Positions 38,721 through 50,231 of a stretch of DNA of 62,680 nt are shown here, piece by piece (positions within the stretch are counted from its first letter, which is position 1; each line of letters opens with the position of its first letter). Position numbers and translations under genes: made by a program. The notes under the pieces were generated by a model. The model was not told where the DNA came from, did not search any database, and was given only the letters and a program-made list of their open reading frames with translations. The stretch is taken from assembly GCA_032718475.1 (NCBI GenBank), contig JAUCBJ010003208.1:1-62680 (forward strand). Direction: 5' to 3'. The stretch comes from Nemertoderma westbladi (Eukaryota > Animalia > Xenacoelomorpha).

Positions 38721-40649
38721 GAATCCCAAACGAATCTCAAGGTAATAACTAACGACCGCGACAGAATAGAATCTCTTTACGAGCAAATCAATGAAGAGAT
38801 GCAGGACCTTCGTCGCGAGACCATGAAGAACGCCAAGTCAGCGCGCGCCTCATTGGCTGCCCAGTCTATACTCCACAGACTCGAGTCGGAGAAAGAGGCA
38901 GCATTAACTGACCTCCGACAGACGACCACAGAGAGAGACGCCTTGAAGGATCGTTTGAAACACGCGACGCAACAGCAGCTGACAGACCGAGCGCGGCTGG
39001 AGCAGAAAGTACAGGACTTAGAGACGCATCTGGGACCATTAGAGACAGAAAGGAATCAGCTGATAGACCGGATATCGGCGTTGAGAGAAGCGAATGTTAA
39101 TCAGGAAGATAAGATAAAGAACCAAGCGATAAAGCTACTGGAAGCACAAGAGTTGGTTGAGGATACCTTGAGTAAACTTAAGCAACTCCAGGTACTAAAC
39201 GAGCAGGCAGAAAGGAGCCTGGATGAGACACAACATCGGTTGAATAAACGGCAAGGGGAGCTGGCTGGAAGTGAGGAGCGGTGTCTGAGACTAGAGGAGA
39301 AAGTTCGTGAGTTACAGAGTCGAGGGGAGTCATTGAAGGAGGATGTGAGGCAGTTGAGAGGAGTTGTGGCGGTTCTGGATAGGGAGAAGGATAAGTTGCA
39401 ATCAGAGGTGGACATAAAAAGCGAGAGGTTGGTTGCAGCTAACGATGAGATTCAGTTGAAAGATAGACGTCTCCATGACTACCAGGCAGCGATGGGAGAC
39501 GTTGAGTTGGCGTTGGATAAATCGCGGGAGGATTTGGACGCGCAGGAACGGGAGATGCGGTCATTGCGTCGGCAACTGGACGCGACTGCGGACGAGTTGA
39601 ATGAAACGTCGCGACTACGGGAGGTGTCGATGCGAGAGAACAAACGATTCCAGGAGGATCTCGGGGAGATGACGAGGGAGTATCAGAGGGTTAATAACAG
39701 CCTGCAGGAGTCGCAGATGGAGCGGGAGCGGCTCCAAGGACAGATTGAGGATTACATCGCCGAGGTCTCCCGCCAGGAGGCCGCGCTGGGGTCGTTGGAG
39801 CAGGATTCCTCGGAGCTGCTGGCCCAGTACCGGTCCATGGCGTCGGAGGCAGCCCGTTGGGAGGCCGAGGCCCAGACGGGGGCCACCGAGACCTCCAACC
39901 TCCGCGTCGAGTTGCTGGGCAAGGAGAGCGAACGCCGGAGGTTGGAAGGGGAACTCCAGGCAATGGAGCGGCAGTCTGTGGAGCAGCAGAGTGTGGAGCG
40001 GTCGCTGGGGAACCAGGTTGAGTCGCTGACCGAGACAATACATCGGATGGAAGAGGAGGTGCGGAGATTAGAGGAAGATCGGAACGGGTTGATGTCGGAC
40101 CTCGGAGCGGTGCGAGAACTCTGCGTGAAACTGGACAGCGCGAAGGAGACGGTTAACCGACAGCTAACCAACAAAAACATCGATTACGATCAGGTTAATA
40201 ATCAGTTGGAGGATAGCGGTCAAGAGATTGAGGTTCTAAAGAAACAGATCAGCTCAGAAAGACAAACGGTAAAGAATCTTGAGGAGTTGTTATCAGCGAA
40301 CAGAGAAAAGGACTTCGAGAATCAGTTGGCGACGCAAGAGATGGAAAGTGAGTTGCAGCTACTGAGAGAGAGGGTGTGTCTCAGCGACGGAAAGAATCAG
40401 AGTCAAGCTAGAGAGATCCAGGCGTTGAGGTCACGAGCGCAAACCGGGGAATCCGAGACAGAGCGGTTGAAACGGCAGGTTGCTAACGAGCGCTACGAGA
40501 AGGAACGAGTGTCCCAGGAGTTGCGACGCCAGACGAGGTTGGTCGCCTCCGGGGACCGACTTACCACCTCGGTAACCTCCGGGGATCGTCTAACCTCATC
40601 CCTCGAGTACACAGATACTGGGTTACATAACAGTAGCGCCGATATCTAA
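38721..40649 (+). CDS. CEP135: CEP135 exon 2 (whole protein ~1045 aa)
   Basis: tttcag acceptor in frame. Long coiled coil with DLGAVRELCVKLD, LEELLSANREKDF and LKRQVANERYEKER, typical of the CEP135/TSGA10 C-terminus. Confidence 0.93.
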   Translation, partial: ESQTNLKVITNDRDRIESLYEQINEEMQDLRRETMKNAKSARASLAAQSILHRLESEKEAALTDLRQTTTERDALKDRLKHATQQQLTDRARLEQKVQDLETHLGPLETERNQLIDRISALREANVNQEDKIKNQAIKLLEAQELVEDTLSKLKQLQVLNEQAERSLDETQHRLNKRQGELAGSEERCLRLEEKVRELQSRGESLKEDVRQLRGVVAVLDREKDKLQSEVDIKSERLVAANDEIQLKDRRLHDYQAAMGDVELALDKSREDLDAQEREMRSLRRQLDATADELNETSRLREVSMRENKRFQEDLGEMTREYQRVNNSLQESQMERERLQGQIEDYIAEVSRQEAALGSLEQDSSELLAQYRSMASEAARWEAEAQTGATETSNLRVELLGKESERRRLEGELQAMERQSVEQQSVERSLGNQVESLTETIHRMEEEVRRLEEDRNGLMSDLGAVRELCVKLDSAKETVNRQLTNKNIDYDQVNNQLEDSGQEIEVLKKQISSERQTVKNLEELLSANREKDFENQLATQEMESELQLLRERVCLSDGKNQSQAREIQALRSRAQTGESETERLKRQVANERYEKERVSQELRRQTRLVASGDRLTTSVTSGDRLTSSLEYTDTGLHNSSADI

Positions 40650-41540
40650 GTGGAACTCATTGCCAGCAAAAGGAGCCACTAGATGGGAAACTTATAATTA
40701 AATTTAAAATTAGTGTATTATTCATTTTCCTCCCAATATCGAATGCGGAGCCCTAAATGGGACATGGGAGATAACAAATTGATGTTACAACTTAATTAAG
40801 TTAGAGATAAAATGGTTTATTGTTTCTTCACATGTCTCTAGGAGCTCCGTAATCTAAGTTGTCCGATATAATAAACTATTGTAAGTTGTAAAATTATGTG
40901 ACAAGTAAGAATACAACACATAATTTACGTGTCCCTTTAAGACTATAGTAATTAAATATAAGTTATCTTTTATATTATAGTAGTTCAGTATATTACTAGT
41001 ATTATTATTATACTCAATTACATATGCCCTTAGTTTATTTATTATTGTTACGTTTATGGTTACAACTGTGGTTACAATTTTGTGCCGTTATAATCATATT
41101 TTGGTTTAACATCAAGATATTATAACGTAGTTTTTTTTATAATTTGTAAATAGAAGCTCCTGATTTATTTGTTTTTTTTTATACGGCTATGTTTGTATGA
41201 CACCCACATCAAGACATGTATTTAATATGTGGTATATTTTTAAATCAATCTATTAGAAATTAATTACATATTGTGACATCAATTAATTGCATCATATCAT
41301 ACATTGGATTTCAGATTATTTCTATGCCTGGTACTGTTGTTTCTAAAAACTGTTAAAACCATCCAATCAATATGGGATGGCTAAGTGTTTATTTTGTAAA
41401 TTATTAGATAATTATATTATTTTCATTACTTTAAATGGTTTAGTATATTGTATAATGTAAAAAGTTGATATAGACCAATATTAATTTATATATGAGATAC
41501 TTTATCTCATTGCGGAAGTTTATTTTCTTCTGAAACAAGC

Positions 41541-41729
41541 GGCAGGGTATCTCAATTGGTTGAGCGCCTGGCTTGCAATCTATTGGTTGTAGGTTCGAGT
41601 CCCGCCAGAGTCCACCCATCCTTTGCATCCAGTGCCCACCCCTATCCTCGGCTAGCAGCTATTGGAAGAGGAGTAGGGTCAGATTCGGCCAACTTCTTGC
41701 TTGCTTCTGTTCCACACCATTATTTCAAT
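41541..41729 (+). mobile_element. tRNA-derived SINE
   Basis: A box TATCTCAATTGG and B box GGTTCGAGTCC with no acceptor stem. The 3' body is homologous to the 36-bp array unit and its flank. Possible TSD ACAAGC. Confidence 0.75.
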
Positions 41730-42109
41730 ACAAGCAGACGAGAATTGTTGGGGATTCTATCGGATACAATCTGTGGGTTGGACCTGCATCGGCCCAAACC
41801 TCGGCGTGAACAGTGTACGCGGACGTGGACAGGCATGGAATATAATAAAACAGGACCTAAATCTCACAGAAACAAACTAAGAATAACATAATCAGTTTAG
41901 GTAAATGAGATGATAGTTTGCTAAGCTGCGCCTAACGTAAATTATAATAATCAGTGATACATTATGTTTCGTTTCAGCGGGCGGGAGTGACGAACTATAC
42001 AACCATTAAACTATGAAAGATTGAAATAAAATTGAAATGAAATATTTTTGATTTACACCGGTTTTTTGGTGTTTACTATTAGAAGGAATTCATATAAATA
42101 AATTTAGAA

Positions 42110-42682
42110 ATTACAAACTTGTTTTTTTCGCCGGGTGCCAATTTTGGTGCCAGCACCAAATTTTGAAATATGTCAATTTTGTAAATTGATTTTTTGAACC
42201 TGTTTTTTGCGCAATTGGGGTTTTTTAGAGTTCTGGTTTCAATGGAATATATACGAGTTGCACCCGGCGTATCAAACTTGTATTTTTCGACGGTGGGTGC
42301 AAAATTTGGTGCCAGCACGAAATTTTGAAAATTCATTCAATAGTTCAATTGCTTGTGACAACATTTTTCTCCCGTTTTAGAGGTTTATGGCGTTTCTGGA
42401 ATGATGCGTTAATTATGCGTTATTGCGTTTATGGAATAAATAATTATCTAACTAGACATCTCAAACTTGTATTTTTCAGAAGTGGGTGCTAAATTTGGTG
42501 CTAGCACCAAGTTTTGAAAACTCTTAAATATATCAATTGATTGTGTCACCTTGTTTCTTGCGTTATACGGGTTTGTGATGGTTCTGAATTCAATGGAATA
42601 AGTAAAATTTGCATAAGAGTTTTCAAACTTGTATTTTTCGCCGGTGGGTAAAATTGTTGTTCCAGCAACAAATTTTTGAAAA
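42110..42682. repeat. Degenerate ~160-190-bp tandem repeat x4
   Basis: CAAACTTGT..TTTTC...GGTGCCAGCACCAAATTTTGAAA recurs at about 42114, 42273, 42462 and 42624. Confidence 0.75.
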
Positions 42683-43108
42683 TAAGTGTTTGTGCTTTTA
42701 GACCTTTAACAGTTTAACCTGCTAATTTAAGTGTCTTATGAGTTGATAATCGCCCGTACTAATTGACATCAGTTGAAGCCAGTCTAGCGCGGCGTATGAC
42801 CCACGGTGTGGGAGACTGGATTCGGGTTCCCTAGGAAGTTATTGCGGTGTAAGCTACTTTGTATTATTCGATTGATCGCTACTATATAATCTCCGACAAC
42901 TATATTTACTTTCGGGGAAATATTAACAGTTCCTTTGGGGCGTGGCGCTTTAAGTATCGTGCAGAGTTATGACTGACACTAATTACAACTAGTGGCAATG
43001 AGATAACGCAAATGGGGCATTCTTTAGGAATGCTTTATTAACCTTCACACTCAATTTCTGTACTAATATTGACACTAACGCACACTGATTTGCCGACTGT
43101 CACCGATT

Positions 43109-44364
43109 GTGGGGCGAGCCACGAAGTTGGCGGAGCCTTAGCGAATTGACACTGTTAGGGGGTGGGTCAATTTATGCAAATAGTTGTCGTCGTCGTCGTC
43201 GTCGTCGTTGTCGTCGTCGTCGTTGTCGTCGTCGTTACGATTTTGACATGCTAATAACTTTGTCGGATTTAAAGCTGCCAAGTTGAAAATTTGTAGGTAT
43301 CAATATGACCAAAAGATGAGATTTTTGAGAGACTTTCAGACACCATCAGTGCAATGGTCTCCCGCTAGAGGGCCACATGTCTAAACATTAAATGGCCACC
43401 CATTTCTTTGCTTTTAATCCGTTTAAGCTGAAACTTGGGAAGTATGTACTAGACCATTAGCTGTAAATTTCAAAGGAGGCTAATCTGTCTGCAGTTCTCC
43501 AGTCTGCCGCTAGAGGGCGAAATGTCCCGAATGTGAAATTATTCTTCCATTTAGTTGTTTATGATCTGATTACGCTGAAACTTGTCATATATGTACTAGA
43601 TGACATCCTGAGTCTTTGTGTGGATTGTAATCGGTCCGAAGTTTTCCAGTCTCCCGCTAGAGGGCCACATGTCTAAACATTAAATGGCCACCCATTTCTT
43701 TGCTTTTAATCCGTTTAAGCTGAAACTTGGGAAGTATGTACTAGACCATTAGCTGTAAATTTCAAAGGAGGCTAATCTGTCTGCAGTTCTCCAGTCTGCC
43801 GCTAGAGGGCGAAATGTCCCGAATGTGAAATTATTCTTCCATTTAGTTGTTTATGATCTGATTACGCTGAAACTTGTCATATATGTACTAGAAGACATCC
43901 TAAGTCTTTGTGTGGACAGTAATCGGTCCGGAGTTTTCGAGTCTGCCGCTAGAGGGCGAAATGTAGGAAAGTGATAACCTTCGCGAATTCCTTGATCTTA
44001 ATCTATTTAAGCTGAATTTTGGAATATACAGTACCGGTATGTACTAGACCACATGCCTCGTCTTTGTGAGGAAGGTGATCGATCCGTAGTTCTTTAATAT
44101 GCCGCTAGAGGGCTAAATGTATGAAAGTGAAAACCTTCCAACATTTCGTTATTTATGATCCGTCAATCGGAAACTTGGTAGATATGTAATAGACCATAGG
44201 CTGTGGCTTTGTAGGGAAACTAATCCTTCCTTCTTCAGTTACCCAGTCTCCCGCTAGAGGGTTAACGTTTTCCGGGAAAATCTTCTCCTATGTTTTTATA
44301 ATCCTTTCGAGTTGATACTTAGCATTAACTCATTTCACGTGCTGCGCGAAGGCCCCACTTCGTG
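43109..44364 (+). mobile_element. Helentron/HINE-like element with (GTC)n microsatellite and an internal ~146-bp tandem array
   Basis: GTGGGGCGAGCCACGAAG head, (GTC)n at 43186-43234, and 7 units marked by CCGCTAGAGGG with a near-exact 292-bp dimer duplication. The 3' GCCCCACTTCGTG is complementary to the head. Confidence 0.65.
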
Positions 44365-45092
44365 TAGTCATATATAAGGAGGATAGCAACTCACATACGT
44401 TGGAGATAGCATTAAATTCATACAGACCACTATAAATTGAGCCACAATTGCTACTGATACACCCTTCTGCTTACCTCAGTAAGAAAGTTCAGGGGGATTT
44501 AACGATTATTCATCAGTATTCTCCAAATATAACATCCATTAATATATAACAACAGCTAATAACAGTATAAAACAGTAAAAAACGGTGTTAGGTTTGAAAT
44601 GAATTGAAATGCAGTGTATGAAATGATAATAGATTTGTGTTCTTATGACTCTCTCAGGCCACTGATGCTTTCGGGCGAAGTCAGAACAGCTAGAAAATCA
44701 GAATGAATGAATTCTGTGAATTTTGCCGCATTGCGTCATTTTATATAGGCTACAGAGCACAGGTAAAGGAAGATCGCTCTGATTGGCTGAAATATGTCAA
44801 CAACTAACACAGATCCTTCACACAAAGAACCAGCTGGTAGATTTCCTCATCTCAGCTCTGAGTTTGGACAGGCACGTAGTTGCATAAGTTTATAAGTCTT
44901 TTAGAGTATTTAGCGCATTGCTCAAAATGACTTATTTTGTCCGCAAAAGCTTTTACACCGCTCCCAGAAAATGGGATTTAAGTCTATAAAATATACATAA
45001 AATCACAGTTTCTAATATAAAAATACTCTAAACTATCAGTCCTTCTTTCGCGAACGGCGTTTACGGAGTTTTTTAAGACTTGCGAGAGTCTT

Positions 45093-45728
45093 TTACTCTT
45101 TTGGGCGAGCCACTTTACTAGGAGGGCTATAACTCCTAGGGGGAGGGTGCAATACAATTGCATCGGAAGGGTTAGGATTGCGGTCGGTGTATCCGCCGGT
45201 CGAGGTACCCGGTTGGTCGATATCGATATCGGGAGATCGGGATTGAACAACCTTTAGGGCTCGTTTCAGGACAGCAGCTCTTATTGGTCCTTGATTAGTT
45301 GTCTGTACGACAGCGGTAGGTCGACCGTATGTAGTAAGGAATTTTCTCGGTTTAATCGTTTTTTCTAATTCGCGTTCCATGACTTTGTATTCATATGGTC
45401 GTCTATGACCTTCTTGTAACTCGGGGTGTGCGTTTATGAATAATTCACCGTATTCAGAATCTTGTCGAATAAAGTTAATCAGATTATAAGAATCAAAGCT
45501 ACTGGGATTGATATTTCTCAGATATTTACGGACGTATTTGGTTGAAACACTCTCGCCAACGCGTTTCATCAGTTCATAACTAGGAGTGCGAGATTTTTGT
45601 TCAACTGAAGAAGAGGTATGGGTGAAACCCATAAACTCCTTCGTATGCACGTCCTGGATAATATCGGTGGCGTGATTCTCAACATGGAGATCCACACTAG
45701 CTTCCCAAGATCTGATACCGTAATGCAA
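45093..45728 (-). CDS. Orphan 211-codon ORF or terminal exon (possibly TE- or virus-derived)
   Basis: Long open frame in AT-rich DNA, preceded by a ...GGTATAG acceptor-like site. The upstream 45865-46200 region looks like disrupted coding sequence. No family recognised. Confidence 0.4.
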   Translation of the reverse strand: MHYGIRSWEASVDLHVENHATDIIQDVHTKEFMGFTHTSSSVEQKSRTPSYELMKRVGESVSTKYVRKYLRNINPSSFDSYNLINFIRQDSEYGELFINAHPELQEGHRRPYEYKVMERELEKTIKPRKFLTTYGRPTAVVQTTNQGPIRAAVLKRALKVVQSRSPDIDIDQPGTSTGGYTDRNPNPSDAIVLHPPPRSYSPPSKVARPKE

Positions 45729-46629
45729 CTATACCACAATGATACTTATTTTAAAATTTTATGAATAATAATCATGGTAATTATTGGAGGATTAGTCGGG
45801 GAGGTTTAGTTATTCCTCCCGATTAGCCGATAGTCTTGTATTTTGTATTACATTTTTGTATTTCTTATACAACATGATGTAACGCCCTTGTCATCTTGTG
45901 TAAAACTGTATTTACAGCAAGGCGTACTATACAAGGCCATGCCATCGAGTTAACTGGGAGAGATGACTGGGGACAAGATTTTTTTACAACAATTTGATAT
46001 TTTGATATGGGGAGTGTTCTATAAATTTTCATTTGCTGCAATTTGGTCAACGGTCGTAAATGAAGTCTCTTCGTTAAGTAAGATACAAAATTTTATGGTA
46101 GCTCACTAGCTAGTGTTTTAGGTAGGTTTAGCTGTCCGATGAGTGCTCGTTTTTGTTTTTGGCCAGATTCATTCAACGGTTCTCCAGTGAGGCTCGGTTA
46201 GTAATTTCGATACTGGTTCCGACATCCTACTTCCCTCTATAAATATTTTGTAGTAGCTAGTTCTTATTACTATTTGTATTAAATATGGACCCTGCATTCA
46301 TGGAAAATATAATATTTGATAATTCAGCAGTCAGCCTGCGATAATTTTGCAGGCTAGGTTAGTCTTACCCCGTTGGGGTTTATCTTAAAAAAAAAGTGCT
46401 GGTGTTATCAGACAGTCTGCAGATGTCAGATGTGAAGTTCAGCTACACCCTGTTTGTCATTTTTAGTGTAAATGTTTAGTAAAAGCGCCTCTAGTCAAGA
46501 AAAACATTATTTTTTTACCCTTATTTTCTAGTACTCCAAAATCTTAATTTCTAGCTAATTTCTAGATTCTAGAAAATTCTACAAATTAAAGTGTCCTGTC
46601 CATAGGTGATCATGATACAGTGATACACT

Positions 46630-47692
46630 GGGTGTTTGAAAAAGGTGGACTGGACACAGAAAACATGGACAATGGACATAACAATCACGGGCGATTTGCG
46701 TTACACAGCATGTCCACCTTTTTCAGCTTTGTTGTCCACCCTTTTCAGCTTTGTTGTCCACCTTTTTCAAATTCGAATAAGGTGGACTGGGTTGAGAAAG
46801 ACAGGCAATGAATTGACCAATCAGATTGATTTGCACATTATTATTATCCCATACTAACTGTGACCAACCGAAGTTGTCGAAATAGGCCTAGTTTAATAAT
46901 ATGGGGCGAGCCACGCGATAGCATCAATATTGGAACGTCAATATTGTCATTACACAACTCATTACAGTATAAAGTTAATTATAATAACTACATATAATAT
47001 GCTTTATTTACCGTTCATCTCGAGATCTGTTATTAAACGACCGAGCGCAGCGAGGGAGGTAAATAAGTCCCCATATTTTGGGAGTGGCGGTCCGAAACCC
47101 TAATTCAAAGTGGAAATGGAGGCCCAAAGCCTTAATTAAAACTGTCATGTAACCCCAACCTTAAATATTTTGGATCCTAAATTCCACAAAATTTCTTAGA
47201 TTAGAGCATCGATCGGGAGTTTAAGGTTATAGGGTTAATGACTGTTTTAATTAGGGTTTGGGCCTGACCAACTAACCCAACCACAAAAATAAACCAATAA
47301 ATCCAAGTTAAAGTGCTGTACGGTACGCTAGACCTACTATTATTATACTGTAAGTCTATAGGGGGTCAATCTGCGGGGGGGGGGGGGGGTGTAGATACGC
47401 CTAGGAAAACGACAGCATTCTGCATTCTGAAAAAGGTGGACAGTCCAATCACTAATATATAGCATTGCTTCAATAAGTTTCTGATTGGTCAGACTATTAT
47501 CTATGTTTTTTGTGCATGTGTCCAGTCCACCTTTTTCAAACACACATCTTATTCCCAATTATCTAACTAAGAAAGCGAAACTTGAAAAAGGTGGACAGAG
47601 CAATTGCTACAAACTGCTTTGCATAATACGTTTCTGATTGGTCTGTCCGTTGTCCATGTTTTCTGTGTCCAGTCCACCTTTTTCAAACACCC
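46630..47692. mobile_element. MULE-like MITE upstream of RPS3
   Basis: ~45-bp TIR GGGTGTTTGAAAAAGGTGGACTGGACACAGAAAACATGGACAA with a perfect 9-bp TSD TGATACACT. Internal AAAAGGTGGAC modules in both orientations. Confidence 0.92.
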
Positions 47693-48157
47693 TGATACAC
47701 TGTGGAGGTGATAGGATAGGCCTAGGCCTTCTGTGAATTACAGTCATCAATCAGCCTTACTTACAGTCAGCACTCAGCGTCAGCAGTCATACCACCCCAC
47801 AGTCTGACAGTACCGGTACCAGCATGCAGCATACTGTCTTAAACCACACCAGTAGGCCTACACAGTAACGCCTAACTCGAACTCTGAACTCAGTAGGCCT
47901 ACAGCCTGACGCTGACAGCAGTAACTGCCTAACGAAACAGTCAACATTTTGATGCACGAGTGTTGCTGCTGGCTGCTGCTGCAGAGCTGACTTCTGGACT
48001 TGCCCTTTCTTGCATATGTTCATGTTGCCTTGCCTGGCGCTGGCGCGGCGCAGCCAGTCAGAGTCTGGAGTCATGCAGACGTTTCCGAGACCGCGGCGCT
48101 ATCTCCATGCAAGCCCACGGCACGAGCACGAAGTTCTGAAGTTTAATGAATAGCGCG

Positions 48158-48170
48158 TTCTTCCCCTTTT
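48158..48170 (+). promoter_or_regulatory. Putative TCT/5'TOP initiator of RPS3
   Basis: Polypyrimidine TTCTTCCCCTTTT in a CpG-rich patch, followed by a probable non-coding exon and an intron ending TTTTGCTAACAG at 48651. Confidence 0.6.
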
Positions 48171-48672
48171 AAGCGCGCTTTTATTTCAATTCCGCGCAGA
48201 ACGCGTTGCGATTTAGTACCGGTACGGTAGGCCTACTTCATTTACAGCCTGGGTGTTATGTTACTGTGTTAGGTCTGTCTGTCTGTAGATAAAGCAAGAG
48301 CAGTCTGCAGGTCTGGCTGTCTGGCAGTAGACTGGTAGAGTTAGGCCCAAACTGCCAAACGTTTCAACTTCTGAAAAAAACGGCTGAACGGTAGGCCTAG
48401 CGCTAGCAGCCTAAGTCAGGAAGTACAATCTACTGATCTACAATGTACAAACTGACAAACAAAGTAGGCTAGGTCTTTCTGTCTTTTTTTGTATACCGTA
48501 CTGGCAGACTGGTCTGGTAGGCCTACATAGCTGCATATCAGTATGCTGCAGCACTGGCAGACTGGTCTGCTGGTATAGATAGAGTACCGTACTGGAGTAG
48601 GCCTAAAGCTAGAAGTAGGCTAGTTGGGTAGTTCAGTAGTTTTGCTAACAGAACATAAGCGAATAAGTGGAA

Positions 48673-49413
48673 ATGACAACATCTGTATCTAAGAAACGTA
48701 AGTTCGTTGCTGACGGTGTCTTTAAGGCGGAACTTAATGAATTCTTGACGCGCGAGTTAGCCGAAGATGGATACAGCGGTGTTGAGGTTCGCGTAACGCC
48801 GACCCGAACGGAAATAATAATCCTCGCGACTCGAACCCAGAACGTTTTGGGGGAGAAAGGTCGTCGGATCCGGGAGCTGACCGCCGTCGTACAGAAGCGG
48901 TTCAACTTCCCGGAAGGTTCGGTGGAGCTATACGCGGAGAAAGTCGCGACGCGGGGGCTGTGCGCCATCGCGCAAGCCGAGTCGTTGAGGTACAAACTAT
49001 TGGGCGGATTGGCGGTGCGCCGGGCATGTTACGGAGTCCTCAGGTTCATAATGGAGTCGGGAGCGAAAGGTTGCGAGGTCGTAGTCAGCGGGAAACTAAG
49101 GGGACAACGGGCGAAGTCGATGAAGTTCGTGGATGGGTTGATGGTCCATTCTGGGGACCCGGCGCGGTCTTACGTGGACTCCGCAGTCAGGCACGTGTTG
49201 CTACGACAGGGAGTCCTCGGGGTAAAGGTTAAGATTATGTTGCCTAACGACCCGACAGGGAAGACCGGGCCCAAGGCCCCGCTGCCGGACACCGTGTCCA
49301 TAGTGGAGCCTAAAGAGGAGCCGGTTATTGTTACTCCCTACTCTGAGGCCAAGGGAGAGCCAGGGAAACCCGCAATGATGCAGCCAGGGCCACCGGCAGT
49401 GGCGGCACAGTGA
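48673..49413 (+). CDS. RPS3: 40S ribosomal protein S3 (uS3), no CDS introns
   Basis: [43 protein letters not shown]...; intact 246 aa. Confidence 0.98.
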   Translation: MTTSVSKKRKFVADGVFKAELNEFLTRELAEDGYSGVEVRVTPTRTEIIILATRTQNVLGEKGRRIRELTAVVQKRFNFPEGSVELYAEKVATRGLCAIAQAESLRYKLLGGLAVRRACYGVLRFIMESGAKGCEVVVSGKLRGQRAKSMKFVDGLMVHSGDPARSYVDSAVRHVLLRQGVLGVKVKIMLPNDPTGKTGPKAPLPDTVSIVEPKEEPVIVTPYSEAKGEPGKPAMMQPGPPAVAAQ

Positions 49414-49424
49414 GGCTCGGTTGG

Positions 49425-49602
49425 TGGGTTGACCCGCTGACTGGGTTGACCGGCTAGCTGGGTTGACCGGCTAGATGGGTTGACCGGTTAGCTGGGTTGA
49501 CCCGCTCGCTGGGTTGACCCGCTCGCTGGGTTGACCCTCTACCTGGGTTGACCGGCTATCTGGGTTGACTCGCTATCTGGTTTGGCCCTCTAGCTGGGTG
49601 GA
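49425..49602. repeat. 17-bp minisatellite in the RPS3 3'UTR
   Basis: TGGGTTGACC recurs every 17 bp, about 10 units, starting 12 bp after the stop. Confidence 0.9.
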
Positions 49603-50231
49603 CCTACTCTGCACTCAATAATCTATTACACATTAGTCGATATCGATACCATCGGTTTAATTAATCCCTTTGTAATAATTGTGTTATGTATTTGTTCTAT
49701 TTGCTTTGGATTAATTATCTCTGTTGTTTCTGTTATCGGGTTTATTGAATTGTTGTTATGGCAACAAAGATTGCGAGTTTAACAGGTTCTATCTCATATA
49801 TTTTAGTTCGCAAAGGTTTCGGTTTACTGCAGTGGGGGGCATTTAATTTAATCATATCGGTTTTTTTTATCAAATCATATCTCCCCCGCTCTTATCCGCT
49901 AACTGGGTGAGTGGATCAGCTAAGTCTCCTTCAGATTCCTCCACTAAATGGCATACACATTAAACTAAACTTATTAATAGGGTCAGGGGTGGGACATATT
50001 CTTTATTAAGTAGCAATGATTTATTACTAGATATGTGTAAACTTATAGGGCCCGCGGGAAAATAGCCAAGTCAGTTTTGGGCCTGGGTCGGTTTTTCTGC
50101 AATCACCAATAATTCTACGCAAAGTAAACCCTCCACCTACCAGGATTCGTTATTACATCCAAAAGAATACTAGTACTGACGCCAGTTTGTAGGTGCTCTA
50201 CCGGTTTTTGCATCGGAATAGTACTCGTTAA

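Noticed and set aside
39101-40180. Antisense and alternate-frame ORFs over CEP135 (likewise over RPS3 and KMT2E exon 3)
   Set aside because: Shadow ORFs of GC-rich coding sequence.
41541-41616. Functional tRNA gene
   Set aside because: Acceptor and anticodon stems do not pair and the sequence continues into a SINE body.
48667-48672. GTG start of RPS3 from the ORF track
   Set aside because: This is a eukaryotic gene, and the ATG at 48673 aligns with the conserved N-terminus.
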